IMG/VR virus record: IMGVR_UViG_3300040801_001810
Span: 166,194 to 230,193 of that record
From: a virus
Taxonomy: Duplodnaviria; Heunggongvirae; Uroviricota; Caudoviricetes
Length of the DNA: 64,000 bases
Direction: 5' to 3' (one strand)
Shown: positions 37,191 to 45,551 of the stretch, in pieces
Layout: each line of letters begins with the position of its first letter
Position numbering within the stretch: position 1 is the stretch's first letter
Program-made: the position numbers and the translations under genes
Notes under the pieces: model-generated
What the model was told of the DNA's origin: nothing
Database searches by the model: none
Seen by the model: the letters and a program-made list of their open reading frames with translations, nothing else

Positions 37191-38033
37191 ATGTTTAAAA
37201 CCGATTCATTCTTTTCTATTGGAGCATCTCATGATATATGTCAGGATTATTCCAGCGCATTAAGTACTGTAGAAGAAAATCCAAAAGGTATGATATTTAT
37301 ATCAGATGGATGTTCTATGATTGCTACTAATGATAATCATTGTGTTCCTCATCCTTCTAGTGATATAGCAGCTAGATTAGTTATACTGGCAGCTATGGCT
37401 TCAATGCTTGACTGTAAGTATATAACACAAGCAGTAGATCAAATGAAGGGTATACTTAAAGGATTTACAGAAGCTACGACTTTTGGTATGCTTGACGCTA
37501 CTCTTATTGGAGTGCGTTGGATTAATAAACCAGAAATACTATGGATCGGTGATGGAGCTATTTTAGTTGAAACCGAAAGAGAATATATTATTAAGTATCG
37601 AACATTCTCTCCAAATATGCCAGTCTATTGTTCTTACTTGGTTAAATATTTCCAAGGTGAAAAATATATTAAAACTGGCGTAGAAATGACCACCAATACA
37701 ATCATACTTGATAAGACATGGGATGTTATAGCTAGTGGTAATAAAGTAGAAAAGCTTAAGACGCTGGAAGATTCAATGTTCATAGATGCAGAAGAAGATA
37801 CAACTCATGATATAATATCTATCAGTGCTTTTTCTGACGGTATAGAAGATATATTATTGCCTTCAAAAGATAGGATGCCTATCATTGATGCTATTAAGAC
37901 TTTAGTATCATTTAAGCATACAAGTGGATTATTTGTACGTAGACGCATGAAAGCTCAGCTTAGACGTTGGGCAAGCGAAGGTATCTTCCCCAATGATGAC
38001 TTATCTATGGCAACCATAATACACAACGTCTAA
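37191..38033 (+). CDS. PP2C-family Ser/Thr phosphatase-like protein
   Basis: FSIGASHDICQDYS ... MIFISDGCSMIATND resembles the PP2C acidic metal-binding motifs (..D.G.....ED.. / ..V.DGMGG..). Divergent. Confidence 0.45.
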   Translation: MFKTDSFFSIGASHDICQDYSSALSTVEENPKGMIFISDGCSMIATNDNHCVPHPSSDIAARLVILAAMASMLDCKYITQAVDQMKGILKGFTEATTFGMLDATLIGVRWINKPEILWIGDGAILVETEREYIIKYRTFSPNMPVYCSYLVKYFQGEKYIKTGVEMTTNTIILDKTWDVIASGNKVEKLKTLEDSMFIDAEEDTTHDIISISAFSDGIEDILLPSKDRMPIIDAIKTLVSFKHTSGLFVRRRMKAQLRRWASEGIFPNDDLSMATIIHNV

Positions 38034-38092
38034 AGTATGACATTAAAACGTCATACATTTATCTTGTTGTAAATTATGTTTCAAAAGAAATT

Positions 38093-38323
38093 ATGATGAA
38101 ATTACTACTCAGAGAACGACCAAATAAACCAGTTAATCCAAAAGCTTATATTAACCATAGTTTTACATCTGATCAGAAGAAAATTATTTGGAACTGGTTT
38201 TATGAAAACGAAAGAAAACGAGCAGTAATATCCAAGGATACAATCATAAATTTGTTTCAACGGGCTAAGACTAAGAAAAAACCACAAATTGGAGCAAGTA
38301 TTATACTTCCAGGAAAAGAATGA
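38093..38323 (+). CDS. hypothetical basic protein
   Basis: 76-aa ORF. Confidence 0.35.
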   Translation: MMKLLLRERPNKPVNPKAYINHSFTSDQKKIIWNWFYENERKRAVISKDTIINLFQRAKTKKKPQIGASIILPGKE

Positions 38324-38473
38324 TGTTAGTAATATGTGATAATTATAAAACATGCAAAATGCGTCATGAATGTGGTGGAGCTAAACCACATGAAAGATGT
38401 AGTGAGTGTGGTAATTGCCCATTTGGGAAAGGCGTAGAATGTAATGAATACATTATATCAAAAGATAAAAAAT
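38321..38473 (+). CDS. small Cys-rich protein (~50 aa)
   Basis: MMLVICDNYKTCKMRHECGGAKPHERCSECGNCPFGKGVECNEY. Below track cutoff. Overlaps the next gene start. Confidence 0.3.
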
Positions 38474-38893
38474 GATATCATACGAGCAATGAAAGAACAC
38501 GCATTATTAGTAAGAAATGTTCTAAGATGCCTAGATGCTGAAATTCAACTGAAAGCTAAGGAAACTAAACAAGCTATCAATGATGATATGGTGATACAAG
38601 CAATAAAGCGAAATATCAAACAACGAAAAGCATCTATTATTGAGTTTGATAAGGGAAATAGAAATGATTTATCTAAGAAAGAAGAACTAGAAATAGTAGT
38701 ACTTCAACATTACTTGCCAGAAATGATGAATAAGGAAACAATTACATTAGCTGTAGAAGAAGCTATTAAGAATGTTGGGGCCATTACTTCTAAAGATATG
38801 GGCAAAGTAATGGGCGCATTAAAAGATCTTAAATCAAAAGCAGACATGAAATTAGTAAATCAAATAGTAAAAGAAAAACTTCAGTCAAACTAA
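38444..38893 (+). CDS. GatB/YqeY domain protein
   Basis: LYQKIKNDIIRAMKEHALLVRNVLRCLDAEIQ...SKKEELEIVVLQHYLPEMMNKETITLAVEEAIKNVGAITSKDMGKVMGALKDLKSKADMKLVNQIVKEKL matches the YqeY family pattern (..YLP..ms.eEl...v.e.i...ga....mGkvMg.....g.adg..v...v...L). Confidence 0.55.
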   Translation: MNTLYQKIKNDIIRAMKEHALLVRNVLRCLDAEIQLKAKETKQAINDDMVIQAIKRNIKQRKASIIEFDKGNRNDLSKKEELEIVVLQHYLPEMMNKETITLAVEEAIKNVGAITSKDMGKVMGALKDLKSKADMKLVNQIVKEKLQSN

Positions 38894-38909
38894 TTCTGAG
38901 GAGGATAAG

Positions 38910-39758
38910 ATGGCAAAAGTTGGATTGATCATTATCGATGGTCAAAAGGATTTCTGTGAAGGAGGCAAACTGGCTGTTACAGGAGGTAACGAATGTCTCG
39001 AAAAAGTATCAGATATGATTGATAGAATTGGAGATAAACTCTACAATATCGACCTAACATTTGATGCGCATCACCAACATCATATTGCTCATAGTTGTAT
39101 GTGGGTAGATAATGATGGCAATAATCCACCACCATTTACACTTATGACCCCTGCTGATGTCATTGGCACAGGAGCACAATATAGAGCAGCTAATATTGGA
39201 TACATGGCTACTCAGGAGAAATACATCCAAGAACTTGCGAAACGTAATGACTCAAGAGAAGCAATGGGACTTCTTCGTATTGAGCATTGTATTTGGCCTG
39301 AACATTGTCTTATTGGTACCGATGGTATGTCTCTTAATGAAAGGCTTCTTCAGTCAATCATGGCATGGGAGCTTAAAAAGAAGAGACCAACAAATAAGAC
39401 AACTAAAGGATCATTTATGTTTGCTGAGCATTTCTCAGTATTCAAGGCAGAGGTGCCAAATGATCTAGATCCAGCAACAAAGACAAATATGCATCTGATT
39501 AATAACTTGTCCAGTCTTGACATGTTGGCATGGGCTGGTCTTGCAAAAGATTATTGTCTCATGAATAGTTTCATTGATTTCATTCTCGAACTGAGTGGTG
39601 GAGATCAAAAGATTGCTGAAGATATTTCAAAGAAAATGGTATTTATCGAAGACGGTACCGCTTCTGTTGGTGCAGTACCTGCGCTTGCTGACAAGTTTGA
39701 TGAATTCCTTACTAAGTGGGGAGTTGAACGAGTTAAAGCAGAGGACTTTCTAAAATAA
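38910..39758 (+). CDS. pncA: nicotinamidase (isochorismatase-family, PncA-like)
   Basis: N-terminal GLIIIDGQKDFCEGGKLAVTGG equals the PncA signature (hhhhD.QNDFc.gG.LaV.g.). Later HCIWPEHCLIGTDG supplies the catalytic Cys region. RBS ctgaggaggataagATG. Confidence 0.65.
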   Translation: MAKVGLIIIDGQKDFCEGGKLAVTGGNECLEKVSDMIDRIGDKLYNIDLTFDAHHQHHIAHSCMWVDNDGNNPPPFTLMTPADVIGTGAQYRAANIGYMATQEKYIQELAKRNDSREAMGLLRIEHCIWPEHCLIGTDGMSLNERLLQSIMAWELKKKRPTNKTTKGSFMFAEHFSVFKAEVPNDLDPATKTNMHLINNLSSLDMLAWAGLAKDYCLMNSFIDFILELSGGDQKIAEDISKKMVFIEDGTASVGAVPALADKFDEFLTKWGVERVKAEDFLK

Positions 39759-39776
39759 TACGGAGAGGGAGGGGAA

Positions 39777-39815
39777 TAAAGGAGGGTAGTAGGATGACCC
39801 TCCTCCCCACTTTTA
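39777..39815 (+). terminator. hairpin GGAGGGT-AGTAGGATG-ACCCTCC followed by TCCCCACTTTTATT (terminator-like) overlapping the kinase track start
   Basis: Read directly. Suggests the kinase initiates at the ATG at 39818. Confidence 0.35.
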
Positions 39816-41488
39816 TTATGAAGATTACATTGAAAAATAAGAATCAATTCTTTACGCTAAAGCAAACAGATTATGTTGCAGGTGGTGGTGAAGGAAAAGT
39901 ATATCGTAGAGGATCAGTAGCATTTAAGATATACCATGATCCAAAGAAAATGATTCCTCTAGATAAGATAAATGCTCTTTGTAAACTTACACCAAAGAAT
40001 GTGCTAGCTCCTAGAGATATTTGTTTAAATAATCGTGATATACCAGTTGGTTTCACAATGGATTATGTAAGCGATACCGTATTTCTATGTTGGCTATTTA
40101 ATAGAGGATGGAGAATACAAAATAATGTAACTCCAGATATGATTACCAAACTCATCAATAAGATGAGAGAAACAACCATTACTCTTCATAATGAAAAATG
40201 TGTAGTAGGTGATTATAATGAAATGCAATTCCTCACAAATAAATCGTTTTCTGATGTTTACTTCTGTGATACTGATTCTTATCAAATTGGTAGGTTTGGC
40301 TGTACTGCTATTATGGATACTGTTAGAGACAGGATTCTTCCATTTGGTCAATTTAACGAAGGTAGCGATTGGTTTGCATTCGCAGTAGTTACTAGCCAAC
40401 TATTTACAGGCGTTCATCCTTATAAGGGAAGACACCCTGATTATACAAAAAGAGAAGTAAATCAACTTAAGCTTATGGATGAGAATATATCTATCTTCAA
40501 TCCATTAGTTACAATGCCTAAGCAAGCGCAGCCTCTCAATTCAATTCCACATAATATTAGAGATTGGTATGAAGAAGTACTTGAGCGTAAGTGGAGAGAC
40601 ATACCTCCTAAAATAGGAACTGGTGTACAATTTATTGTTATGCCAACAAGAGTATTATCATCTACAGATACATTTGAAGTAAAAGAAGCATTATCAATAC
40701 CAGAATTAATTAGAAAAATATGCCTAGTTAATGGCAAGCTATATATAGTTGGAGAAAATACACTCTATTTAAACGATAGAGCAATAACTAGTTTACCATT
40801 ATCAAGTGAACATTTTGTAGTTAAGTGTGAAGGAGATTTTAACCATATTAGATGTGAACAATATGGTAAAAATTTACATTTTTATCACTTACCAAATCCA
40901 AATCAAGAGATTTATTCGTGTTTAGCACATCATGTTACAACATATGATGGTGAATTATATATTATAAGAGATGGAAGTGCAATAAAATGCACTTTTAAGA
41001 AAATGTTCGGGAAAGTTATGTGTGATGAACAAAAAGTAGGAGATGTATTTACTCCTACTGTTAAAGCTTTTCCTGGTGTATTTGTTCAAGATATATTAGG
41101 TATACCATGGATTGGTGTACCAAATAACAATAGCTTTAATAATATACAGCTAAGTAAATTAATATATCATCGTATTATTGATGCTAAATATGAAGGCGGT
41201 ATATGCTTACTAATAACTGAGCATAAAGGTAAAACATATAGAACTATTGTATCTAATGATGGAGTCATTTCAGAAGAATGTGATAGTACAGAAAGAGCCA
41301 ACTTTACTACAGTTGGTTCAGTAGCCGCTATTATCATTGGAGACGAAGAACTAAGACTTAGAGTTGATGTTGGTACTAAGGTTATTCAAACTCCTCCTTT
41401 TGATAGTTCAATGACAATGTGTAGTGATGGAGCTAGAGTATTAGTTATTAATGGTAAGAAACTTTTACATATTTCAACAAAGCATTAA
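39794..41488 (+). CDS. eukaryotic-like Ser/Thr protein kinase (likely start 39818)
   Basis: Gly-rich loop AGGGEGKVYRRGS followed by VAFKIY (VAxK lysine). FCDTDSYQIG in the DFG-equivalent position. ~270-aa C-terminal extension of unknown function. Confidence 0.55.
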   Translation: MTLLPTFIMKITLKNKNQFFTLKQTDYVAGGGEGKVYRRGSVAFKIYHDPKKMIPLDKINALCKLTPKNVLAPRDICLNNRDIPVGFTMDYVSDTVFLCWLFNRGWRIQNNVTPDMITKLINKMRETTITLHNEKCVVGDYNEMQFLTNKSFSDVYFCDTDSYQIGRFGCTAIMDTVRDRILPFGQFNEGSDWFAFAVVTSQLFTGVHPYKGRHPDYTKREVNQLKLMDENISIFNPLVTMPKQAQPLNSIPHNIRDWYEEVLERKWRDIPPKIGTGVQFIVMPTRVLSSTDTFEVKEALSIPELIRKICLVNGKLYIVGENTLYLNDRAITSLPLSSEHFVVKCEGDFNHIRCEQYGKNLHFYHLPNPNQEIYSCLAHHVTTYDGELYIIRDGSAIKCTFKKMFGKVMCDEQKVGDVFTPTVKAFPGVFVQDILGIPWIGVPNNNSFNNIQLSKLIYHRIIDAKYEGGICLLITEHKGKTYRTIVSNDGVISEECDSTERANFTTVGSVAAIIIGDEELRLRVDVGTKVIQTPPFDSSMTMCSDGARVLVINGKKLLHISTKH

Positions 41489-41491
41489 ATT

Positions 41492-41683
41492 ATGTTAGAT
41501 AAAATAATATTAACATCTGTATTAACAGCAATAATATGTATATCAGGTGGAGCAATTGGTGGTTCGATGGATAGAAGCGGAATCGACATTCCTGAATGGT
41601 GGTCATTAACTACAATGTATGGATTTTTAATAAGTCTAGTAACATTTATCGTGTGTATATATATTAACATTTGGATTAACTAA
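41492..41683 (+). CDS. small membrane protein
   Basis: 63 aa with two hydrophobic helices. Confidence 0.4.
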   Translation: MLDKIILTSVLTAIICISGGAIGGSMDRSGIDIPEWWSLTTMYGFLISLVTFIVCIYINIWIN

Positions 41684-41685
41684 TT

Positions 41686-42855
41686 ATGATTATCAAAAGC
41701 AAACTAGATATTGACCTTTATAAATTTAAAATGTTATATTTTCTATGGGCAACAGATCAATTAAATATTCCAGTAGTATATAGATTCTTTAATAGAACTC
41801 CTATTAAATTAGAACAATATGTATCTATGTCTGAAGTTCAAATGGAACTATCTCATTTTAGAAATAATTTTTATTCTGCTAAAGAACTTGATTATTTATG
41901 TACTTTATTTGAACCAGCATTTGTAGAATTTCTACATGCACAAAAAATTAGTAATGCAAAAGTAATACCAAAAACACATGGTTTTGGATTTGATATTGAA
42001 GGAACATATAGTAATGTTATACTTCATGAAACAGCTTTATTGTCTATAATTAATGAACTCTATTGTAAAAGAATACTAGAAGTAATTGATCCAGAAATTG
42101 AAGAACACTATAGAAAAACAAATTTAGCTAACTCTATAGATATGATTAAGAATACTAATATTCGCTTTGTTGAATTTGGTACAAGAAGAAGATTTAGTGC
42201 AGATTGGCAAGCTGAAGTATTAGGTCGTATTAGAAATCATATACCAGACAATTTAATTGGTACTAGTAATGTATATTTAGCTATGATGCAAGATGTTACT
42301 CCTATTGGAACAATTGCTCATGAAATGCATTCATTTTATGCTGCAACACAACCAACAGAAATACATAGCCAAAGTACTTTAGTAAAAGAATATACACGTA
42401 TATTTCCAGAAACATTCTTTCTAACAGATACATTCGGAACACAAGATTTTCTTGATAATTGTTGTGAAGAAGATGAACATCTATATGGATTAAGACAAGA
42501 TAGTGGATCCACAACAGCATGGATGAATGCACTTGAAGCAAAATTTCCAAGTTCATTACCAAGACCAAAAATAATGTTTAGTGATGGATTAACAGCTCCT
42601 AAAATAATTTCATTATATGATAATTATAGTTCAAGATGGCAATGTAATTTTGGTTGGGGAACTAATCTTACCAATAATGGAATAATTAAACCATTAAGTA
42701 TTGTAATGAAACTATGGAAAGCTGATAAGAAATATTGTATCAAACTAAGTGATAACCCAAATAAAGCTGTTGGACATCCTAAAGAAGTTGAAAAATATAA
42801 ATGGATATTTAACTATAATAAAAATATTACACATAAAACAAAGGTGGTTTATTAA
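41686..42855 (+). CDS. pncB: nicotinate phosphoribosyltransferase
   Basis: DLYKFKM (E. coli DAYKLHM), VEFGTRRRFS (E. coli MDFGTRRRFS), GTIAHEM (GTQAHEW), LRQDSGS (LRHDSGD), KLSDNPNKAVGHPKEV (KLSDSPGKTICHDKAF) line up along the whole length. Confidence 0.85.
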   Translation: MIIKSKLDIDLYKFKMLYFLWATDQLNIPVVYRFFNRTPIKLEQYVSMSEVQMELSHFRNNFYSAKELDYLCTLFEPAFVEFLHAQKISNAKVIPKTHGFGFDIEGTYSNVILHETALLSIINELYCKRILEVIDPEIEEHYRKTNLANSIDMIKNTNIRFVEFGTRRRFSADWQAEVLGRIRNHIPDNLIGTSNVYLAMMQDVTPIGTIAHEMHSFYAATQPTEIHSQSTLVKEYTRIFPETFFLTDTFGTQDFLDNCCEEDEHLYGLRQDSGSTTAWMNALEAKFPSSLPRPKIMFSDGLTAPKIISLYDNYSSRWQCNFGWGTNLTNNGIIKPLSIVMKLWKADKKYCIKLSDNPNKAVGHPKEVEKYKWIFNYNKNITHKTKVVY

Positions 42856-43103
42856 TGCCTAAGTATAAAATTACTGCTTCAGGAAAAGCTGTAGAAAATG
42901 CAGCAAAAGAAGTAGGAGATATGTTCAAAGAACTATTTAAAGATCTTCCACTACAATTAGAAGAAGTTGGTATTTCTCTTACAATTAATACTGAAAAAGA
43001 ATTTTCAGAAGAAGATATAACAACATTTACTTCTATTCTTGAAAAAGAAGCATTGGGACTTAAAGATCTAATTGAAACTAAAGTTACTGTGGAGAAATTA
43101 TGA
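42855..43103 (+). CDS. hypothetical protein between pncB and nadE
   Basis: 82-aa ORF with ATGA overlaps on both sides. Confidence 0.45.
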   Translation: MPKYKITASGKAVENAAKEVGDMFKELFKDLPLQLEEVGISLTINTEKEFSEEDITTFTSILEKEALGLKDLIETKVTVEKL

Positions 43104-43993
43104 ATTTACCAGTAGATCCTTACTTTGTAGAAAAAAATATTAAGCGTCAAACATGCAGTTATATAAGAAAACATAATATTAAATCATTGGTATTAGGTAT
43201 ATCTGGTGGACTTGATAGTGCTGTTGTTGCTTCTTTAATGGCTGGGGTTGCAGCAGAAGAATCAATACCACTTATTGGTATATCTCTTCCAAGCGATTCT
43301 AACCAAGATGAAGAAATAGCTAGAGCAGATGCAGTAGGGAAAGAATATTGTACTAAGTTTACTACATATGAAATTGATAATGATTTTGTAGAAGTATCAG
43401 ATAGTATTTACTTAATACTATCAAAAATTTTAGATGGAGAATTAACCGATTGGGAACAAAAGATTTTAGCTGGTAATATTAAAGCTAGATTAAGAATGAT
43501 TCTACTATTTGCTACAGCTGGTGCTACCAAAGGTATGGTACTATCTACTGATAATAAAACAGAAGAAATGCTTGGATTCTGGACACTTCATGGAGATGTA
43601 GGTAATTTTGGTCCTATACAAAATCTATGGAAATCAGAAGTATATGAACTTGCAAGATCTATATATGATCAAAGAGGAGTACAAGCATTAAAGGATTGTA
43701 TAGATGCTACTCCTACAGATGGACTAGGAATCACAAGTAGCGATCTAGATCAAATAGGTGTAGATAGTTATGATGAAGCTGATCGAAGAATACAAAACTA
43801 TATTAAACTAGCTACTAATCTTTTTGACGTTAAATCATTCTTTGATCAAGCAAAAGCTGTACAACAGATATGCGATTTACCTATTAATGATCCAGTTATT
43901 AATCGTATGGTTAATAGTGAATTTAAACGCAAAGATCCATATAACATACCAAGAGATCAACTATTTATTAAACCTAATCAAAGAATAGAATAG
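43100..43993 (+). CDS. nadE: NH3-dependent NAD+ synthetase
   Basis: KSLVLGISGGLDSAV (PP-loop SGGxDS; E. coli SLVLGISGGQDS), NIKARLRMILLFA (NEKARERM), VLSTDNKTEEMLGFWTLHGDVGNFGPIQ ([27 protein letters not shown]). Confidence 0.85.
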   Translation: MNLPVDPYFVEKNIKRQTCSYIRKHNIKSLVLGISGGLDSAVVASLMAGVAAEESIPLIGISLPSDSNQDEEIARADAVGKEYCTKFTTYEIDNDFVEVSDSIYLILSKILDGELTDWEQKILAGNIKARLRMILLFATAGATKGMVLSTDNKTEEMLGFWTLHGDVGNFGPIQNLWKSEVYELARSIYDQRGVQALKDCIDATPTDGLGITSSDLDQIGVDSYDEADRRIQNYIKLATNLFDVKSFFDQAKAVQQICDLPINDPVINRMVNSEFKRKDPYNIPRDQLFIKPNQRIE

Positions 43994-44021
43994 AATACTA
44001 TACTATTGATTAATAAGTTAC

Positions 44022-44097
44022 TGGGGTATAGTTCAGTGGCTAGAACGCCAGGTTTTGAGCCTGGATGTCGGGGGTTCAAATCCCTCTACCCCTTCCA
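44022..44097 (+). tRNA. tRNA-Gln (anticodon TTG), CCA encoded
   Basis: TGGGGTA-TA-GTTC-AGTGGCTA-GAAC-G-CCAGG-TTTTGAG-CCTGG-ATGTC-GGGGG-TTCAAAT-CCCTC-TACCCCT-T-CCA. U1:U72 mismatch at the top of the acceptor stem. Confidence 0.75.
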
Positions 44098-44103
44098 TTT
44101 ATT

Positions 44104-44676
44104 ATGAAAACAAAACTACTTACAAATATAAAAGAAGTAAAAGATGCTGCTCTTGATACAGTAGGATTAAAATCTACTAAAGAAGCTACATCTGATTGGC
44201 TTTATCAAATACTTTATGCTGAACATTCTCCTATCAGAAATATTATTATTAAAAGTACCTGGGAGAAAATTAAATATTGGGTAAGCGTTCACCTAACGAG
44301 ACACAAAATCGGAATAGAGCATTTTGTAAAGACACAGAGATCAGATAGAACTGGAGTAGATAGAGATAATCTACCTCAAGGAGCTGAAGTTCAGCACAGT
44401 ATAGTAGCTAATGCTCAAGCTATAATTAATATATCTCGTAAAAGAATGTGTAAACAAGCTTCTAAAGAAACAAGATTAGCTTGGCAAGAATTTTTAAAAA
44501 GTTTTTATTATGAATTACCAGAATTAAACTTTGTATGTGTTCCAGAATGTATGTACAGAGGATTTTGTCCTGAAATCAAATGTTGTGGTTATGTAAATAG
44601 TAATGATTACAAAGAACTCAGACAAGAATATATAGATAAATGTAAGGAGCTTCAATGCAAGCAAGACCATTTATAA
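44104..44676 (+). CDS. divergent ThyX-like (flavin-dependent thymidylate-synthase-like) protein, uncertain
   Basis: AEHSPIRNIIIKST...VHLTRHKIGIEHFVKTQRSDR loosely follows the ThyX pattern EH..f.F......SR...HQLVRHR..S..QeSQRY, but RHK replaces RHR and the SQRY tyrosine is absent. Confidence 0.3.
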   Translation: MKTKLLTNIKEVKDAALDTVGLKSTKEATSDWLYQILYAEHSPIRNIIIKSTWEKIKYWVSVHLTRHKIGIEHFVKTQRSDRTGVDRDNLPQGAEVQHSIVANAQAIINISRKRMCKQASKETRLAWQEFLKSFYYELPELNFVCVPECMYRGFCPEIKCCGYVNSNDYKELRQEYIDKCKELQCKQDHL

Positions 44677-44966
44677 AAGTAAACAATGGAAATATATTTA
44701 GAGATGTAGATGGAACAACTTATGTTAAAACTCCTAAATCAGCTACATCATCAGAAGGAATTTTTACTAATTGTGTAGTCTTAATAACTAATTCTAAAGA
44801 TCTCTCAAGAGGAGATCTAGTTAAAAAAGTAAAAGATGTCTACTGCGAAGTTATCGATGCAGCAGAAATAATTCAGCTCCAAGGAGATGAATCTTTGCAA
44901 GAAGCAAATAAAAGTATAATTCGAGGCGATAATGAGACAAGTTCGATTATCGAGGATAGAGACTAA
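44655..44966 (+). CDS. hypothetical protein
   Basis: 103-aa ORF. Confidence 0.4.
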   Translation: MQARPFIKVNNGNIFRDVDGTTYVKTPKSATSSEGIFTNCVVLITNSKDLSRGDLVKKVKDVYCEVIDAAEIIQLQGDESLQEANKSIIRGDNETSSIIEDRD

Positions 44967-45333
44967 TCCTAAACACGGAACATTTGGTGTATTGGTTGTA
45001 GATGGAGAAGCATTTTGTGTAACTCTTGAACCTTATTCTAGAAATAACGTAACATCTATATCAAGTATTAATGCTGGACAATACCTATGTACTGTAGTAG
45101 ATTCTCCACGATGGGGACACACATATACAGTTACTAATGTAGAAGGAAGAGATCTTATTAGAATACATGCTGGAAATATAGATGATAATACAGAAGGATG
45201 TATTATTATAGCTCAGTATTTCGGTAAGCTGCGTGGAAATAGAGCTGTACTTAACTCAGGAAATACACATAAAGCATTCATGAAATTAATGAATGATGAG
45301 CCATTTATATTAACAATTACTGAAAATTATTAA
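44932..45333 (+). CDS. hypothetical protein (possible His/Cys hydrolase-like small domain)
   Basis: 133 aa. IRIHAGNIDDNTEGCIII has a HxG...GC arrangement. Family not identified. Confidence 0.4.
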   Translation: MRQVRLSRIETNPKHGTFGVLVVDGEAFCVTLEPYSRNNVTSISSINAGQYLCTVVDSPRWGHTYTVTNVEGRDLIRIHAGNIDDNTEGCIIIAQYFGKLRGNRAVLNSGNTHKAFMKLMNDEPFILTITENY

Positions 45334-45348
45334 CTATACTATACAAAC

Positions 45349-45423
45349 CTGCGTGTAGCTCAGCTTGGTCAGAGTTCTGGTCTTGGAGTCCAGATGTCGG
45401 GGGTTCAAATCCCTCTGCGCAGA
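45349..45423 (+). tRNA. tRNA-Pro (anticodon TGG)
   Basis: CTGCGTG-TA-GCTC-AGCTTGGTCA-GAGT-T-CTGGT-CTTGGAG-TCCAG-ATGTC-GGGGG-TTCAAAT-CCCTC-TGCGCAG-A. Confidence 0.7.
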
Positions 45424-45427
45424 AATA

Positions 45428-45502
45428 CGGGATATAACTCAGTCTGGTCAGAGTGCTCGGTTTGGGGCCGAGTTGCCGCTGGTTCGAATCCAGCTATCCC
45501 GA
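45428..45502 (+). tRNA. second tRNA with anticodon TGG (Pro), different sequence
   Basis: CGGGATA-TA-ACTC-AGTCTGGTCA-GAGT-G-CTCGG-TTTGGGG-CCGAG-TTGCC-GCTGG-TTCGAAT-CCAGC-TATCCCG-A. Confidence 0.7.
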
Positions 45503-45508
45503 TAATAA

Positions 45509-45540
45509 GGAGATCACTTAAGTGTGGTCTCCTTTTTTAT
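45509..45540 (+). terminator. rho-independent terminator after the tRNA pair
   Basis: GGAGATCAC-TTAAGT-GTGGTCTCC followed by TTTTTTAT. Confidence 0.55.
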
Positions 45541-45551
45541 TTGAGGATTCC

